Source: an uncultured bacterium
GTDB taxonomy: Bacteria; Oederibacteriota; PGYV01; CAWJRG01
NCBI GenBank assembly: GCA_963845185.1
Contig: CAWJRG010000010.1
Coordinates: 416,001-480,000, forward strand
Direction: 5' to 3'
Length of the DNA: 64,000 nt
The notes beneath the pieces are model-generated. The model had not been told where the DNA came from and searched no databases. It saw nothing but the letters and a program-made list of their open reading frames with translations. Of this stretch, positions 36,765 through 47,356 are shown piece after piece; within the stretch, counting starts at the first letter, position 1; every line of letters starts with the position of its first letter. A program made the translations under genes and the position numbers.

Positions 36765-39700
36765 TTACAATACCACCAGCACGCCTGTCCAGTGTTTTTT
36801 TGCTTTTCCCTGGTTTGCCTGTTTTACTGCAGTCACATCCACAAAATAAATCCCGTTATCAATTTTTCTGCTGTTTTCCAGTATTATTTCCAGCTTTGTG
36901 CCCGGTGTCACACCGGCAAATACATTGTTATAAACCTTTCTCATGCTTACGGTAAATATTTTCACCCTTAAGTCTATTACGCCGCACATATCAAAAAGCA
37001 GGTTCACTGTCCTCCCGTTGCACGGATTTGGATATAACATGGCGCTCAGGTTCATGTCGCACACAGGCGTCTGTGTGTATGCCGGTGTCGTGGTGCATGT
37101 GGCAGTAAACGTCGCGGGGTATAATGTCTGCGTGGGCGAAGCTGTTGCAGTGAATGTCTGCGTATATGTCCTGGTCGCTGTGTATGTGATTGTGACCGTC
37201 GCTGTCTGGTTGCATGTGAAATAAGCAGGCTGGGGCAATTGATTGCAGGATTTCATTTTTACCGCTGTATAAACGCCGAAAATAGTATCAGCCAGGTACA
37301 CATTGCCGTTCTGGTCCACGTCTATGCCGTTGCCCGTGGCAAAGCCCGGAACGCAGCCCAGCAGTTGCGAGCTGAAAGAATTGTTGTAAACAACATACCC
37401 TCCTGTCGAGCCTGACAGGACATATATATTTCCAGCCATGTCCATTGCCATGGCAGTTGGCCACCCGGACATGGTTGAAACAACAATAGGCTGGTTTGAA
37501 TAAACATAGCTGTTCAGTCCACCTGTTTCAATATATTTTACAACTCTCGAATTGGTCGTGTCGTTCAAATAAAGGCTGGTCCCTGTCTTTACGCCTCCAG
37601 TCAATGGCCCCAGGGTAAGGCCTGTGCTTTGAATCAGGGCGCGCTGTGTTCCTGTCGGGTCCAGCTCGTAAACCAGTCCCTGGTCATTTGTCACATATGC
37701 GTTCCCGTAACTATCCACGTTTACGCTTCTTAATCCCGAGTTCGGCAGGGCTGCAAAAAGCGTTGTATTGCCTGACGCATCAACTTTTATTATGTCGAAT
37801 GTATTTCTGTTCACCACATATATGCCGTCAAAATTGCACCTGCCCCGGGCTATGCCATATCCGCCCGGCATGCTTACGCTTCCGCCCGTCCCAAAAGATG
37901 TGATTGTTATTCCGTTGTAATCAAAGGCCCACAGTGTGGAGTTGTTAGTCGGCGCATTGTCCATCACGTATACCCTCTTACGCTCCATATCCACAGCAAG
38001 CCCTCCTGCCGGTCCTGTAAGTGTAGGGTCGGTCCATGTATTGTCAAACGCGCAGCAGCCCGGAGTCGGTGTGGGTATGGGCGTGGCAACAGGCTGCCAG
38101 TACACCAGCACCCTTCCCCTGTTCAGGTCTCCTATATACAAATTGTTCTGGCTGTCAAACGTAGAGCAAAAATATGCCGAGCCAAAATCTTTTATGTACG
38201 CCGAGGCCTCGCCGTCCACCAGCGGGCTTGCCGCAGGGTTAATGAATATCTTCGGGAATTGAGAGCCTATATACATTGTGCCGAGCACCATGGTGCTGTT
38301 GTCAGTGGTAAATGCAGGCTCAAAAGGCCCGCATGCGTTCAGTTCAGGCGCCGGAGGCACGTCGCACAAACCGTATCCTGTATTAAAATCCCCGTTCCTC
38401 GCGAAAACAGCAGAGGCAGGTATGTGGAAAAGCGGCGTTGTTGCCGAGTTGTTCTGTATCGTGGCAAAATCATACCTGAGCAGCCGCCAGTTTCCGTATG
38501 ACTCCAGCGTAAAATCAGACACATACAAATTGCCGTTTTTGTCGAGCTCTACGTTGCCCGGCCCGTAAAGCGAAGCCGCGGAAGCGTTTTGCATTGACCC
38601 GTAATGTGTCGCGTCAATATAATTTATGGCGTTCGAAACCGCATCAGGCTGGCCGAGTATGATATCCACCTGCGGATTTGTAAGCGGATTGCGCACGCGG
38701 AAAACCCTGTTGTTCATGGTATCTGATATCCAAACATAATTCCGGCCGGTAGAATCAATATCCGGCGCCACGCTGAATACCGAATTTGCCCATGACACCT
38801 TTACAGACGGCTGCCCGAGCAGCGGTATTGAATTAGCAAGCAGCTCAGCAGGCGCCGCAAATGGAGTAAGAGGCAGGTTATAAATTTCCACCGATGATGT
38901 TCCGCCGCCGTTCCTGGCTGCCCACAAATGCTGTTGGGGCGAGGCATAATCCTCCCTGATGCGGCTAAAAGACACGGGATAACCGTAATATGAATAAGGT
39001 TCAGCCGCGAAATTTACGTTTGTGCTGTCTATGCCGGCAAACCCGTCTGCAGGCTTGTTATTATATAGGCCCGATGAAGCGGGACCAAGCCCGGGCATAT
39101 TCCAGTACATTAACCTGTATAGATCAGCCAGTATCAGCTGTCCCGCGGCCACAGCCAGACCTACTGGAACGCATATTCCCTTGTTTGTTATATTATTCAT
39201 CATACCGTGCTGGCGCGCCTTTAAAATATCTACATCAGCTGAATGCCCGGGCCCGGTGGCTCCAGGTACGAGCACAGGCGCTAGCGTGGGTATGGGAGCA
39301 GGGAACCTCAGCGCAGTGTTTACGCCGTTTCCAAAACCCACATACACATTACCGGCCTGGTCCACGCCAACCCCGCCGACAGGCCTTGTGGTTATATATG
39401 ACTGCGCTATTTGCCCGTCTGTGTATGTAAAATCCGGGCGTCGCCGGAAATTGCCGAGAACGGTGTCGCTACTCCCACAGGCTGGTATTGAAGCAATACC
39501 TCTTTAGGCGCAGCGGAAAATACCCCTCCCGGAAAAGAAACATTGAACAAAATCACCTGGTTGGTGCACATGTCTGTTACCCATACGTTTCCGGAAATAT
39601 CCAGCCCCATGCCTGTAGGGCATTGGAAATAATTGGTTATCATTCCGCTGGCGCTCATGCCGTTCGTGTATGCGGGATTGCCGTTTGTATCGGTGCCTGA

Positions 39701-40639
39701 AGGCTGGAAGACCAGTACCCTTTCCAAGCCTGCGTCAAGGACAAAAACATTTCCTGCATTATCCACGCAGACCGAGTCAGGCTGGTTCATCTGGTTAAGT
39801 ACTGTATTGTCCGAGGTTGAAACATTGTGTGTAAAATCAATTTGCCCGAGTACAACATCGGCAGTTGAAATCGGCACGCCCTGATTCGGCGCGTTCGGGT
39901 TCGGGAACCTGAGGACCCTGTTGTTTCCCGAGTCACACACCCATAGGTTGCCAACTGAGTCAATGGCAACTCCTCCCCTGCCGGTAAGGTAAAAACATAA
40001 TCCTGCCGCTGATACAGCGCACTGGTGGTAGCCTGAAACCATGTCAGCCTGCCCCCACTCATAGGACGCGGCAATGCCCTGCGACCCGGCTGCCGGTGTA
40101 TTGTAGCGCAGCACGCGGTTGTTAAAAACATCAGGCACATACAGGTTTCCCTGCTGGTCAACAGCCATAGTGACCTGGCACCCGCTTTCCCACGGAGACC
40201 CGCTTTCCAAAGGAGTGCCGCACAAAGAGCTTGCCGAAGGCTGGGGGTAAACAGGATAGTTCCCGAAATTCGAGTCGCCGTTGCACGCGCAGTGCGTGAA
40301 ATCCGGCTGGCCGAACACCATGTCCGCGTTAAAGCCTGTGCCTGTTATGCCCTGGTTTGGGGTAAAAATTGAAATATTGCTGTAGCCAAGTATCCTGCTG
40401 TTGTTCCCGTCAAAAATATAAAGTCGCTGCGGGTTTGAATAGCGGTCAACCACAACCCCTGACAGATTAAAACCCCTGCCGTTTACTACTGTGTTCGGCG
40501 CTGCGCCGGTAAAATCATCCTGTCCCAGCACCACATCAGCCCACAAGTCTCCTGAAACTCCCCTGACCGGCGCGGATAAAATATATGAGGAAGGCAATAA
40601 TAAGCAGAAACTCACGAACAGTATTTTTCTTTTATTCAC
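36765..40639 (-). pseudogene. Secreted NHL/beta-propeller protein with PNP-type CTD, one frameshift
   Basis: ADVVLGQ.DF and NNRVLR repeats; ORFs 39407-40639 and 36765-39365 join with one extra base at GGG 39436-39438 (about 1291 aa). Confidence 0.75.
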
Positions 40640-40693
40640 ATATCACTCCTCTGATGTGTCGTAAAATATACCCTAATAATTAAATCATGAGCA

Positions 40694-40713
40694 ATTAGAC
40701 AAATTATACACCA
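40694..40713 (-). promoter_or_regulatory. Shared extended -10 promoter motif
   Basis: Exact 20-bp repeat of 35779-35798. Confidence 0.6.
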
Positions 40714-40876
40714 GAAAGTTTCATTTTATTATTAAAAAATAACTTTAAAAGGAGGATTAAAATCAATAAAAAGTGGATTGCCTGCGTTTTAATCCCTGCA
40801 GGTATATGTTATAAATTGTTAATTGAAAATAACAAAGAAAGTTATTTAGTTCAAACTAATCAGGAGGAGGCAAAGC

Positions 40877-40963
40877 ATGGCAACTAAAAAAGCGGCAAAG
40901 AAAAAGAAAGCAAAAGTTTGTTCCGTATGTGGGAAACCAATGAAAAAGTGCAGCTGCAGGTAA
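40877..40963 (+). CDS. 28-aa Lys-rich, Cys4 micro-protein
   Basis: AGGAGGAGG RBS; MATKKAAKKKKAKVCSVCGKPMKKCSCR; terminator immediately downstream. Confidence 0.7.
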   Translation: MATKKAAKKKKAKVCSVCGKPMKKCSCR

Positions 40964-40979
40964 GCAGTCTAAGGATATC

Positions 40980-41021
40980 AGGGTCCAAATCAAAATTTTG
41001 GTTTGGGCCCTTTTGTTTTTT
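40980..41021. terminator. Intrinsic terminator between convergent genes
   Basis: agggtccaaatcaaaa / ttttggtttgggccct followed by a T-tract. Confidence 0.7.
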
Positions 41022-41023
41022 AG

Positions 41024-43798
41024 TTAATGAGTTTTGAATATTTTGCCCGTCTTTAATATATTATTGGAATTTAATTCAATTACATAATAATAAATCCCCG
41101 GCGATGCCTTGCCTCCGTATGAATTCCTGCCGTTCCAGTACACATCCGGTGTTTGCGCAGTCAATGAAATTACCAGCTCAGCTGATACTGTATATATGTG
41201 TATGTTTGCGCCTATTGGCAGGTTGATGATTTTCAACTCCCCTTCCACTGCCTTATCCGGATTAAAAGGATTTGGATAAACAATGATATTGTCAAAAGGA
41301 TAAGGAGTGGGAGTTATTGTTATTGTAGGTGATATTGTTAAGGTAGGCGTTAAACTTGCCGTAAAAGTCTGTGTTATTGTAATTGTCTTGGTTGGCGACG
41401 CTGTATAAGTCAGCGTTTCAGTAATCGTTTCTGTTATGGTTAATGTTGATGTTGCAGTATTTGTGATTGTGCCGGTCAACGACACGGTAAATGTCTGCGT
41501 TATTGTCGCAGTGTTTGTCGCTGTGGCTGTAAGCGTGTCAGTGCATGTATTTGTATATGTCACTGTCTGTGTATATGTGCATGTGGCAGATCCCGTGTTT
41601 GTGTAAGTCGACGTTGCTGAATAAGTAGGTGTTTGCGTATATGTGGGGGTAATTGTTCCTGTTGCAGTATAAGTCAGGGTTGCTGTAAGCGTCGCGGTCT
41701 GCGTGTAAGTTAGTGTTACTGTAAAGGTCGGCGTTATTGTATTCGTGCATGTCGGCGTTGCCGTACCTGTGTAAGTCGGTGTCTGCGTGTATGTAGTTGT
41801 GCCTGTACTTGTTGCAGTAATTGTATATGTCAATGAGCTTGTGTTTGAAATTGTTGCAGTTGGAGATATTGTCATGGTTGTGGTTTGTGTTATTGAAGGC
41901 GTTGCCGAAGGGGTCGGCGTCGGGCTCCCGCAAGCGCCGAATTCTTCCACCCTGTTATTCCCCCCGTCTGAAACATAAACATTTCCGCTGCTGTCCACTG
42001 CTATACCATTCGGAGAATTAAATTGCCCGTTGCCGCTACCAGAATTACCCCATTGGGTAATATAAGTACCTGTACTGCTGAATTCCTGAATGTTGTTATT
42101 ATTACGGTCTGTGACATATACATTACCGCTGCTGTCTACTGCTATTCCGTAAGGAAATTCAAATTGACCCGGACTGGTTCCGCTATTGCCCCACTGTGTT
42201 ATATATGCGCCTGTATTGCTGAAAACTTCTATCCTGTTATTGCCGGAATCTGTAACATAAACATTTCCGCTGCCATCCACTGCTATTCCATAAGGATTAT
42301 TAAATTGTCCAGGACCGTTTCCGGAAACACCCCATTGCATAATGTATGCTCCAGTACTGCTGAATTTTTGAACCCGGTTATTCCCAGAATCTGTGACATA
42401 TACGTTTCCGCTGCTGTCAATTGCTATTCCGGTAGGCCCATGAAAAAATTGTCCTGGACCGTTTCCAGAAGCACCCCATTGCGTTATATATATTCCTGTG
42501 CTGCTAAATTTCTGGATCCGGTTATTCCAGTCATCTGTAACATAAACATTTTCAGTACTGTCTATTGCAATTCCTACATTAGCAATAAAACCATAATTAC
42601 CGGTCCCATTACTGCCCCATTGTCTTATATAAGTGCCCGAACTGTTGAATTCTTCGATTCTATTATTTCCAAAGTCTGAAACATATACATTCCCGCTGCT
42701 GTTTATTGCTATCCCGCTCGGGCCGTTAAACTGGCCGTTTCCTGTCCCGGTAGTACCCCACTGTGTAATATAACAAGGTGCCGGCCCTGATGTAAAAGTT
42801 GGAGTATATGTAATCGTCGGCGTATTTGTAAATGACAGAATTGGCGTCACCGTCGGGCTGGGGCACACACCGAATTTCTGGATCCTGTTATTTCCCCACT
42901 CTACAACATAAACATTCCCGCTGCTGTCTATTGCCACTCCATAGGGCTGAGAAAACTGTCCATTACCGGTTCCACCACTGCCCCATTGTGTTATATATGT
43001 ACCTGAACTGCTAAACTCTTGAATTCTATTATTATTTGCGTCTGCAACATATATATTATCGCTGCTATCTACTGCCACTTCCGTAGGATAATTAAACTGC
43101 CCGTTGCCGCTTCCGGAACCGCCCCATTGTGTTATATATACTCCTGTACTGCTGAATTCCTGGATTCTGTTATTCGTTGTATCTGCAATATAAATATTTC
43201 CATTGCTATCTATTGCCACTCCAAAGGAACGATTAAATTGCCCGTTGCCACTTCCAAAACTTCCAAATTGATTTATATATGTATCCGAACTGCTAAATTC
43301 TTGAATTCTGCTGTTAAGAGTATCTGCAACATATATATTATTAATGCTGTCTATTGCTACTCCTACAGGATAATTAAACTGCCCATTACCAGCTCCAGTA
43401 GTACCCCATTGTGTGATATATACACCAGCAGATGTAAATTCTTGAATCCTATTATTGTACACTTCTGAAACATATACATTTCCACCACTATCTATGGCTA
43501 TTCCCTGAGGACCATTAAACTGTCCATTACCGATCCCAGCATTACCCCATTGTGTAATATATGTACCTGTACTGCTAAATTCTTGAATTCTGTTATTCCC
43601 ATTATCTGCAACAAATACATTCCCGCTACTGTCTATGGCTACTCCAAAAGGATAACTAAACTGCCCGTTGCCGGTTCCAGAAGTTCCCCACTGTGTTATA
43701 TAACAGGGAGCAGTATCAGCAAATGAATTATTTGCCGCGAAAATGAATGCTGAAAACAACAGCGCTGTGATTATTTTTTTTGCCATGCTTTTGCCCAC
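41024..43798 (-). CDS. Secreted NHL-repeat protein (2 x 6 blades, long Thr-rich stalk, PNP-type CTD)
   Basis: Paralog of 30543-35692; GTG start MGKSMAK after AAGGAG; YPNPFNP...WNGRN...SPGIYYY CTD. Confidence 0.9.
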   Translation of the reverse strand: MGKSMAKKIITALLFSAFIFAANNSFADTAPCYITQWGTSGTGNGQFSYPFGVAIDSSGNVFVADNGNNRIQEFSSTGTYITQWGNAGIGNGQFNGPQGIAIDSGGNVYVSEVYNNRIQEFTSAGVYITQWGTTGAGNGQFNYPVGVAIDSINNIYVADTLNSRIQEFSSSDTYINQFGSFGSGNGQFNRSFGVAIDSNGNIYIADTTNNRIQEFSSTGVYITQWGGSGSGNGQFNYPTEVAVDSSDNIYVADANNNRIQEFSSSGTYITQWGSGGTGNGQFSQPYGVAIDSSGNVYVVEWGNNRIQKFGVCPSPTVTPILSFTNTPTITYTPTFTSGPAPCYITQWGTTGTGNGQFNGPSGIAINSSGNVYVSDFGNNRIEEFNSSGTYIRQWGSNGTGNYGFIANVGIAIDSTENVYVTDDWNNRIQKFSSTGIYITQWGASGNGPGQFFHGPTGIAIDSSGNVYVTDSGNNRVQKFSSTGAYIMQWGVSGNGPGQFNNPYGIAVDGSGNVYVTDSGNNRIEVFSNTGAYITQWGNSGTSPGQFEFPYGIAVDSSGNVYVTDRNNNNIQEFSSTGTYITQWGNSGSGNGQFNSPNGIAVDSSGNVYVSDGGNNRVEEFGACGSPTPTPSATPSITQTTTMTISPTATISNTSSLTYTITATSTGTTTYTQTPTYTGTATPTCTNTITPTFTVTLTYTQTATLTATLTYTATGTITPTYTQTPTYSATSTYTNTGSATCTYTQTVTYTNTCTDTLTATATNTATITQTFTVSLTGTITNTATSTLTITETITETLTYTASPTKTITITQTFTASLTPTLTISPTITITPTPYPFDNIIVYPNPFNPDKAVEGELKIINLPIGANIHIYTVSAELVISLTAQTPDVYWNGRNSYGGKASPGIYYYVIELNSNNILKTGKIFKTH

Positions 43799-44014
43799 TA
43801 AATTGCTCCTTAAAAAAAAGGCTATAATCATCCCTTATTTATAATATATACCATACGATCGGCCTAATAACAATTATTAATATATTCATGCATTATCCTG
43901 AGTTTACGGCTGGTAATGTCTGCGAAAGCGGATAAAACAGGCGAGGCATGCATGAAGTGCTGCTATTGGAGTACGGCTTGAAAAATTCTGGTAATATGTA
44001 ATTTATTTTTACCG

Positions 44015-44093
44015 CATTCATTCATCCACAGGCAGTTTCCTGCGCCGGGAAAGCTAAATCTTCGGCGTCAGGAAACCCGTGGTATTCTGAATG
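44015..44093. repeat. Nested hairpin resembling IS200/IS605-derived end palindromes
   Basis: cattca..ccacagg..gtttcctg..cgccg / cggcg..caggaaac..ccgtgg..tgaatg. Confidence 0.5.
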
Positions 44094-44135
44094 GCTGTGA
44101 TTTTCGTTCAAATCTGCTGCGGGCTTTTTATTATT

Positions 44136-45257
44136 CTAATGCACCTGCACCGTCATATCACCGTTGCAGTCGCTGTATGTCAGGTAAAGATGCCCGCTTG
44201 ACTGGTCTACCGTAAGCCATGTGTCTTCTATATCGCAGGAATTCGGGTAACCGGCGTAAAGTTGCCAGCTGCCGTTGTTGTAGTATTTCACCGTAGCTGC
44301 TTCAGGGTTAGGCATACTGTCCTGGGCTTCATCGTCAAACGCAACATAAGGCACGCCGTTGTAAACACATCCGGAAACAGACTCAATATCATCACCGTTC
44401 GATATGCTTCCAAGAGTGCCTACGCTTTGCAGGTTGGTATTAAGTGTCATTACAACAGCGCCATAAGTTGAATTATAATATATCAAATACAGATTGCCGT
44501 TGCTTACTGTCATTACCGGGTCCCATTGTTCGTCAATCGTTACGGTGGTATTGGTTACCGGCAACCAGTTTGTTCCGTTATAATACATAAGGCTGAGATA
44601 GTTGTTATTATCGTCATCATAGGCAATATACAGGGTATTGTTGTAAACCACCATCGCTGCGTTTTCCGCGTAAGTGCAAATCGTGCCCAAATCAACCCAT
44701 GACAAATTCGAGCTGTTATACCACGCAGCATGCAATGCGCCGCTTGAATCAATATAAGAAATATATAAAACATTATCTAACACTGCCATCGAGATCATTT
44801 CATCAAAGCTTCCTACCGCAAAGCCGCTGGTTCCAAGCGTCACCCAGTTGTTTCCGCTTAATTGATATATTGTTATATTGCCGGTGCTGCTGTCAGTAGT
44901 GGCCAAATAAAGCGTATTGTTGATGGCAAAAAGCGAGTAATATCCGTCAGAAACAGAGCCTGTGGTAAAGCCCGGGCTGCCGGCATCTACCCAGCTTGTC
45001 CCGTTATATTTCATAACCGTAATCCCGTAGTTGGAAGTTGAGTAATCAACAAAAGCCACGTATGTAGTGCCGCCGGAAACTACAATCTGCCCGTCATAAG
45101 CAGCTCCGGGGTCAACTTCAGCTCCTCCGACGTTTGTCCAGCTCTGCGGAGTGGGCGTTGGGGCCGGGGTTGTGGGGGTTTTTTTTCTGCAGTTTACTGT
45201 GAAAAATAGGGCAAAAACAAAAAATACTAAAACAAAAAATGCTGTAAATTTTTTCAT
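44136..45257 (-). CDS. Lipoprotein with beta-propeller-like repeats
   Basis: Signal plus Cys (TVNC), TPTTPAPTPTP linker, repeated LY.AY.D...V..YNG..W units. Confidence 0.75.
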   Translation of the reverse strand: MKKFTAFFVLVFFVFALFFTVNCRKKTPTTPAPTPTPQSWTNVGGAEVDPGAAYDGQIVVSGGTTYVAFVDYSTSNYGITVMKYNGTSWVDAGSPGFTTGSVSDGYYSLFAINNTLYLATTDSSTGNITIYQLSGNNWVTLGTSGFAVGSFDEMISMAVLDNVLYISYIDSSGALHAAWYNSSNLSWVDLGTICTYAENAAMVVYNNTLYIAYDDDNNNYLSLMYYNGTNWLPVTNTTVTIDEQWDPVMTVSNGNLYLIYYNSTYGAVVMTLNTNLQSVGTLGSISNGDDIESVSGCVYNGVPYVAFDDEAQDSMPNPEAATVKYYNNGSWQLYAGYPNSCDIEDTWLTVDQSSGHLYLTYSDCNGDMTVQVH

Positions 45258-45503
45258 TTATTCCTCCCTTTTTGTTGAGATACGCCTTAAGCGTGTCTTT
45301 TAGAATATTATTGCATAATTTTTATTTCTCAATTTTCCCGTATAAAGTTTATATCCGGAATCTCCAATTGTCAATTGAAAACATTTCCGCCTATACATTT
45401 CCGGCGGAAGGTTCCTCGCGCACTACGATAATTACAGGAAAGGCCTTGCTGATTTTATGAACAAGGCAATCCAAATATACTGCGAAACAGCTTTAAAATA
45501 ATA

Positions 45504-46025
45504 TTATATTTTATTCAGCATTGATGAGTAGTCGTTGAACAAATCCAGCATATCAAGCTGCACCGATATTTGCCCGCGGTGGTGGGTCTGATGATTAAAC
45601 CACTGCAGCAAAAGTTTCCACAGTTCCTTTTCAATCTCTTCACCCTTATAGTTCTTAAACTTTATTATTGCGTTAAGTTTATTGTCGTCAAGTTCTTCAA
45701 CAAACTGGATAATTGTCTCATCAAGGTCCTTCCTGAACTTAAACAGCTTTGTGTAATCCCCTTCCATTTCTTTTTTCAGGGTTTCGTTGTCAAGTTGCAG
45801 GACAGAAGAGCCTGCCAGCGCCTTGTTTTCCGGCAAAGATGCCTTAAACCGCCTTAACCACGCAATATCCGTATTAAGAATATGTGACATAGTGTCAAAA
45901 ATCGCCGGGTAATATGCTTTTGATTTCTGAAATATCTTTTCTTTTGGCATAGGCTCAACCAGTTTCAGAATCTCCTGGTTAACGGCCTTGTTATACTTTG
46001 CGTAAGACTGGAATATTATCTTCAT
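45504..46025 (-). CDS. DinB family protein
   Basis: YNKAVN, TMSHIL..D..W, FNHQTHHRGQ. Confidence 0.9.
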   Translation of the reverse strand: MKIIFQSYAKYNKAVNQEILKLVEPMPKEKIFQKSKAYYPAIFDTMSHILNTDIAWLRRFKASLPENKALAGSSVLQLDNETLKKEMEGDYTKLFKFRKDLDETIIQFVEELDDNKLNAIIKFKNYKGEEIEKELWKLLLQWFNHQTHHRGQISVQLDMLDLFNDYSSMLNKI

Positions 46026-46056
46026 TTTGTTTCTCCTGTCTACGGCTTAAAGAAGA

Positions 46057-46180
46057 CCCCTTTCCCCTCGACGGGGGAAGGTTGGGATGAGGGTGACGTA
46101 GCGGCTACTTTGCCCATAGCGTCGATGCTGTTTGCTGCTTCTTCACCCTCACCTTTTTCCTCTCCCGTCAAGGGAGAGGA
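46057..46180. repeat. Paired CCCTCTCCC/GGGAGAGG-type REP-like hairpins
   Basis: ttcccc.tcgac.ggggaa..tgagggtga / tcaccctca..cctctccc-gtcaa-gggagagg; same family as the MITE interior. Confidence 0.75.
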
Positions 46181-46206
46181 GACCTCAAACTAAAGCCGAT
46201 ATATTT

Positions 46207-47166
46207 TTATTTAAAATTTTCTAATTCTTTCTCTATTTTTTCTATAACCTCTGGTTTGAGCGTAACATCCCCTGCCTTGACTGTCTCGAGTATCTGCCCG
46301 GGCTTTCGCGCTCCAACTATGGCTGAAGTTACTTCAGGCCGCCTTAAAATCCACGCTATTGCAAGCTGCGCGATGGTAATTTTATTATCCGCGGCGATTG
46401 CCTTTAATTTTTCAATGAGCTTGAGGTTTTTTGAAAGCTCAGGCTCATTAAACCTGGCGTCGCGCTTCCTGTGGTCTGATTCAGGCAGGCTGCTGACCCA
46501 TTCTTTTGTCACCTTGCCTGTCAAAAGCCCTCTTTCCATGGGCGAGTATACTACGACGCCTATATTGTTTTCTTTGCAAAAAACAAGCTGGTCGTTTTCT
46601 ATTCCGCGCCTTAGCATGCTGTAAGGCGGCTGCAAAGACGCTATCCTGCCTGTGCCCGCTATCTTTTTCATCTGCGCCGTGCTGAAATTCGATATGCCCG
46701 CGTACCTGACCTTGCCCTCTTTTACCAGTTCTGTCATTGCGCCCCAGCCTTCTTCCAGATCCTTTTCAGGGTCTGGCCAGTGCATCTGGTAAAGGTCTAT
46801 TACGGAAACATCCAGCCGCTTCAGGCTGTCCTCGCATTCTTTTTTTATCTCTTCTTTTTTAAGAACTCCGAAAATCTCGCTGCCGTCCTCGTTCCATCTC
46901 CTGGCGCACTTTGTGGCGATAATTAGTTTGTTCCTTTTGCCTTTTATTGCCTTTCCCACTTCTACTTCCGAGTGCCCGAGCCCGTAAACAGCTGCAGTGT
47001 CTATCCAGTTAATGCCGCTGTCTATTGCCTCGTGCACGGTCTTTATCGTGTCGCTGTCGTCCTGAGGCCCCCACGAAAACCTCCATCCTGCTCCGCCCGC
47101 TGCCCAAGTGCCAAGCCCGATTACGGTCAGTTCAAGGTCTGTCCAACCAAGTTTCCTTTTTTTCAT
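46207..47166 (-). CDS. Aldo/keto reductase
   Basis: IGLGTW, DTAAVYG, IATK, DLYQMHWPD, YSPM; start MKKRK after GGAGG. Confidence 0.95.
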   Translation of the reverse strand: MKKRKLGWTDLELTVIGLGTWAAGGAGWRFSWGPQDDSDTIKTVHEAIDSGINWIDTAAVYGLGHSEVEVGKAIKGKRNKLIIATKCARRWNEDGSEIFGVLKKEEIKKECEDSLKRLDVSVIDLYQMHWPDPEKDLEEGWGAMTELVKEGKVRYAGISNFSTAQMKKIAGTGRIASLQPPYSMLRRGIENDQLVFCKENNIGVVVYSPMERGLLTGKVTKEWVSSLPESDHRKRDARFNEPELSKNLKLIEKLKAIAADNKITIAQLAIAWILRRPEVTSAIVGARKPGQILETVKAGDVTLKPEVIEKIEKELENFK

Positions 47167-47181
47167 AAAACACCTCCAAAA

Positions 47182-47252
47182 CCCCCTGTTGTCCCCCTTT
47201 ATTAAAGGGGGAATTAAAATTCTCCCCCTTAACAAGGGGGAGTTAGAGGGGG
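47182..47252. repeat. Paired CCCCCTT/AAGGGGG REP-like hairpins
   Basis: tcccccttt-att-aaaggggga and ctccccctt-aac-aagggggag. Confidence 0.7.
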
Positions 47253-47356
47253 CTTACTTGATAACTTTAATAACTTAATAATTCATTTTATTCAACTTCA
47301 AAACAGAACATTCTACTGACCAAATTCTACCAATATAGATGTAGAGACACGCCATG

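Noticed and set aside
31140..43700. Roughly 141-bp periodic repeats as a CRISPR array or DGR
   Set aside because: They are in-frame NHL coding repeats; there are no unique spacers, cas genes, reverse transcriptase or adenine-specific TR/VR pair.
47167..47235. TTG-start extension of the aldo/keto reductase
   Set aside because: It runs through a REP-like repeat; the ATG at 47166 has a GGAGG RBS.
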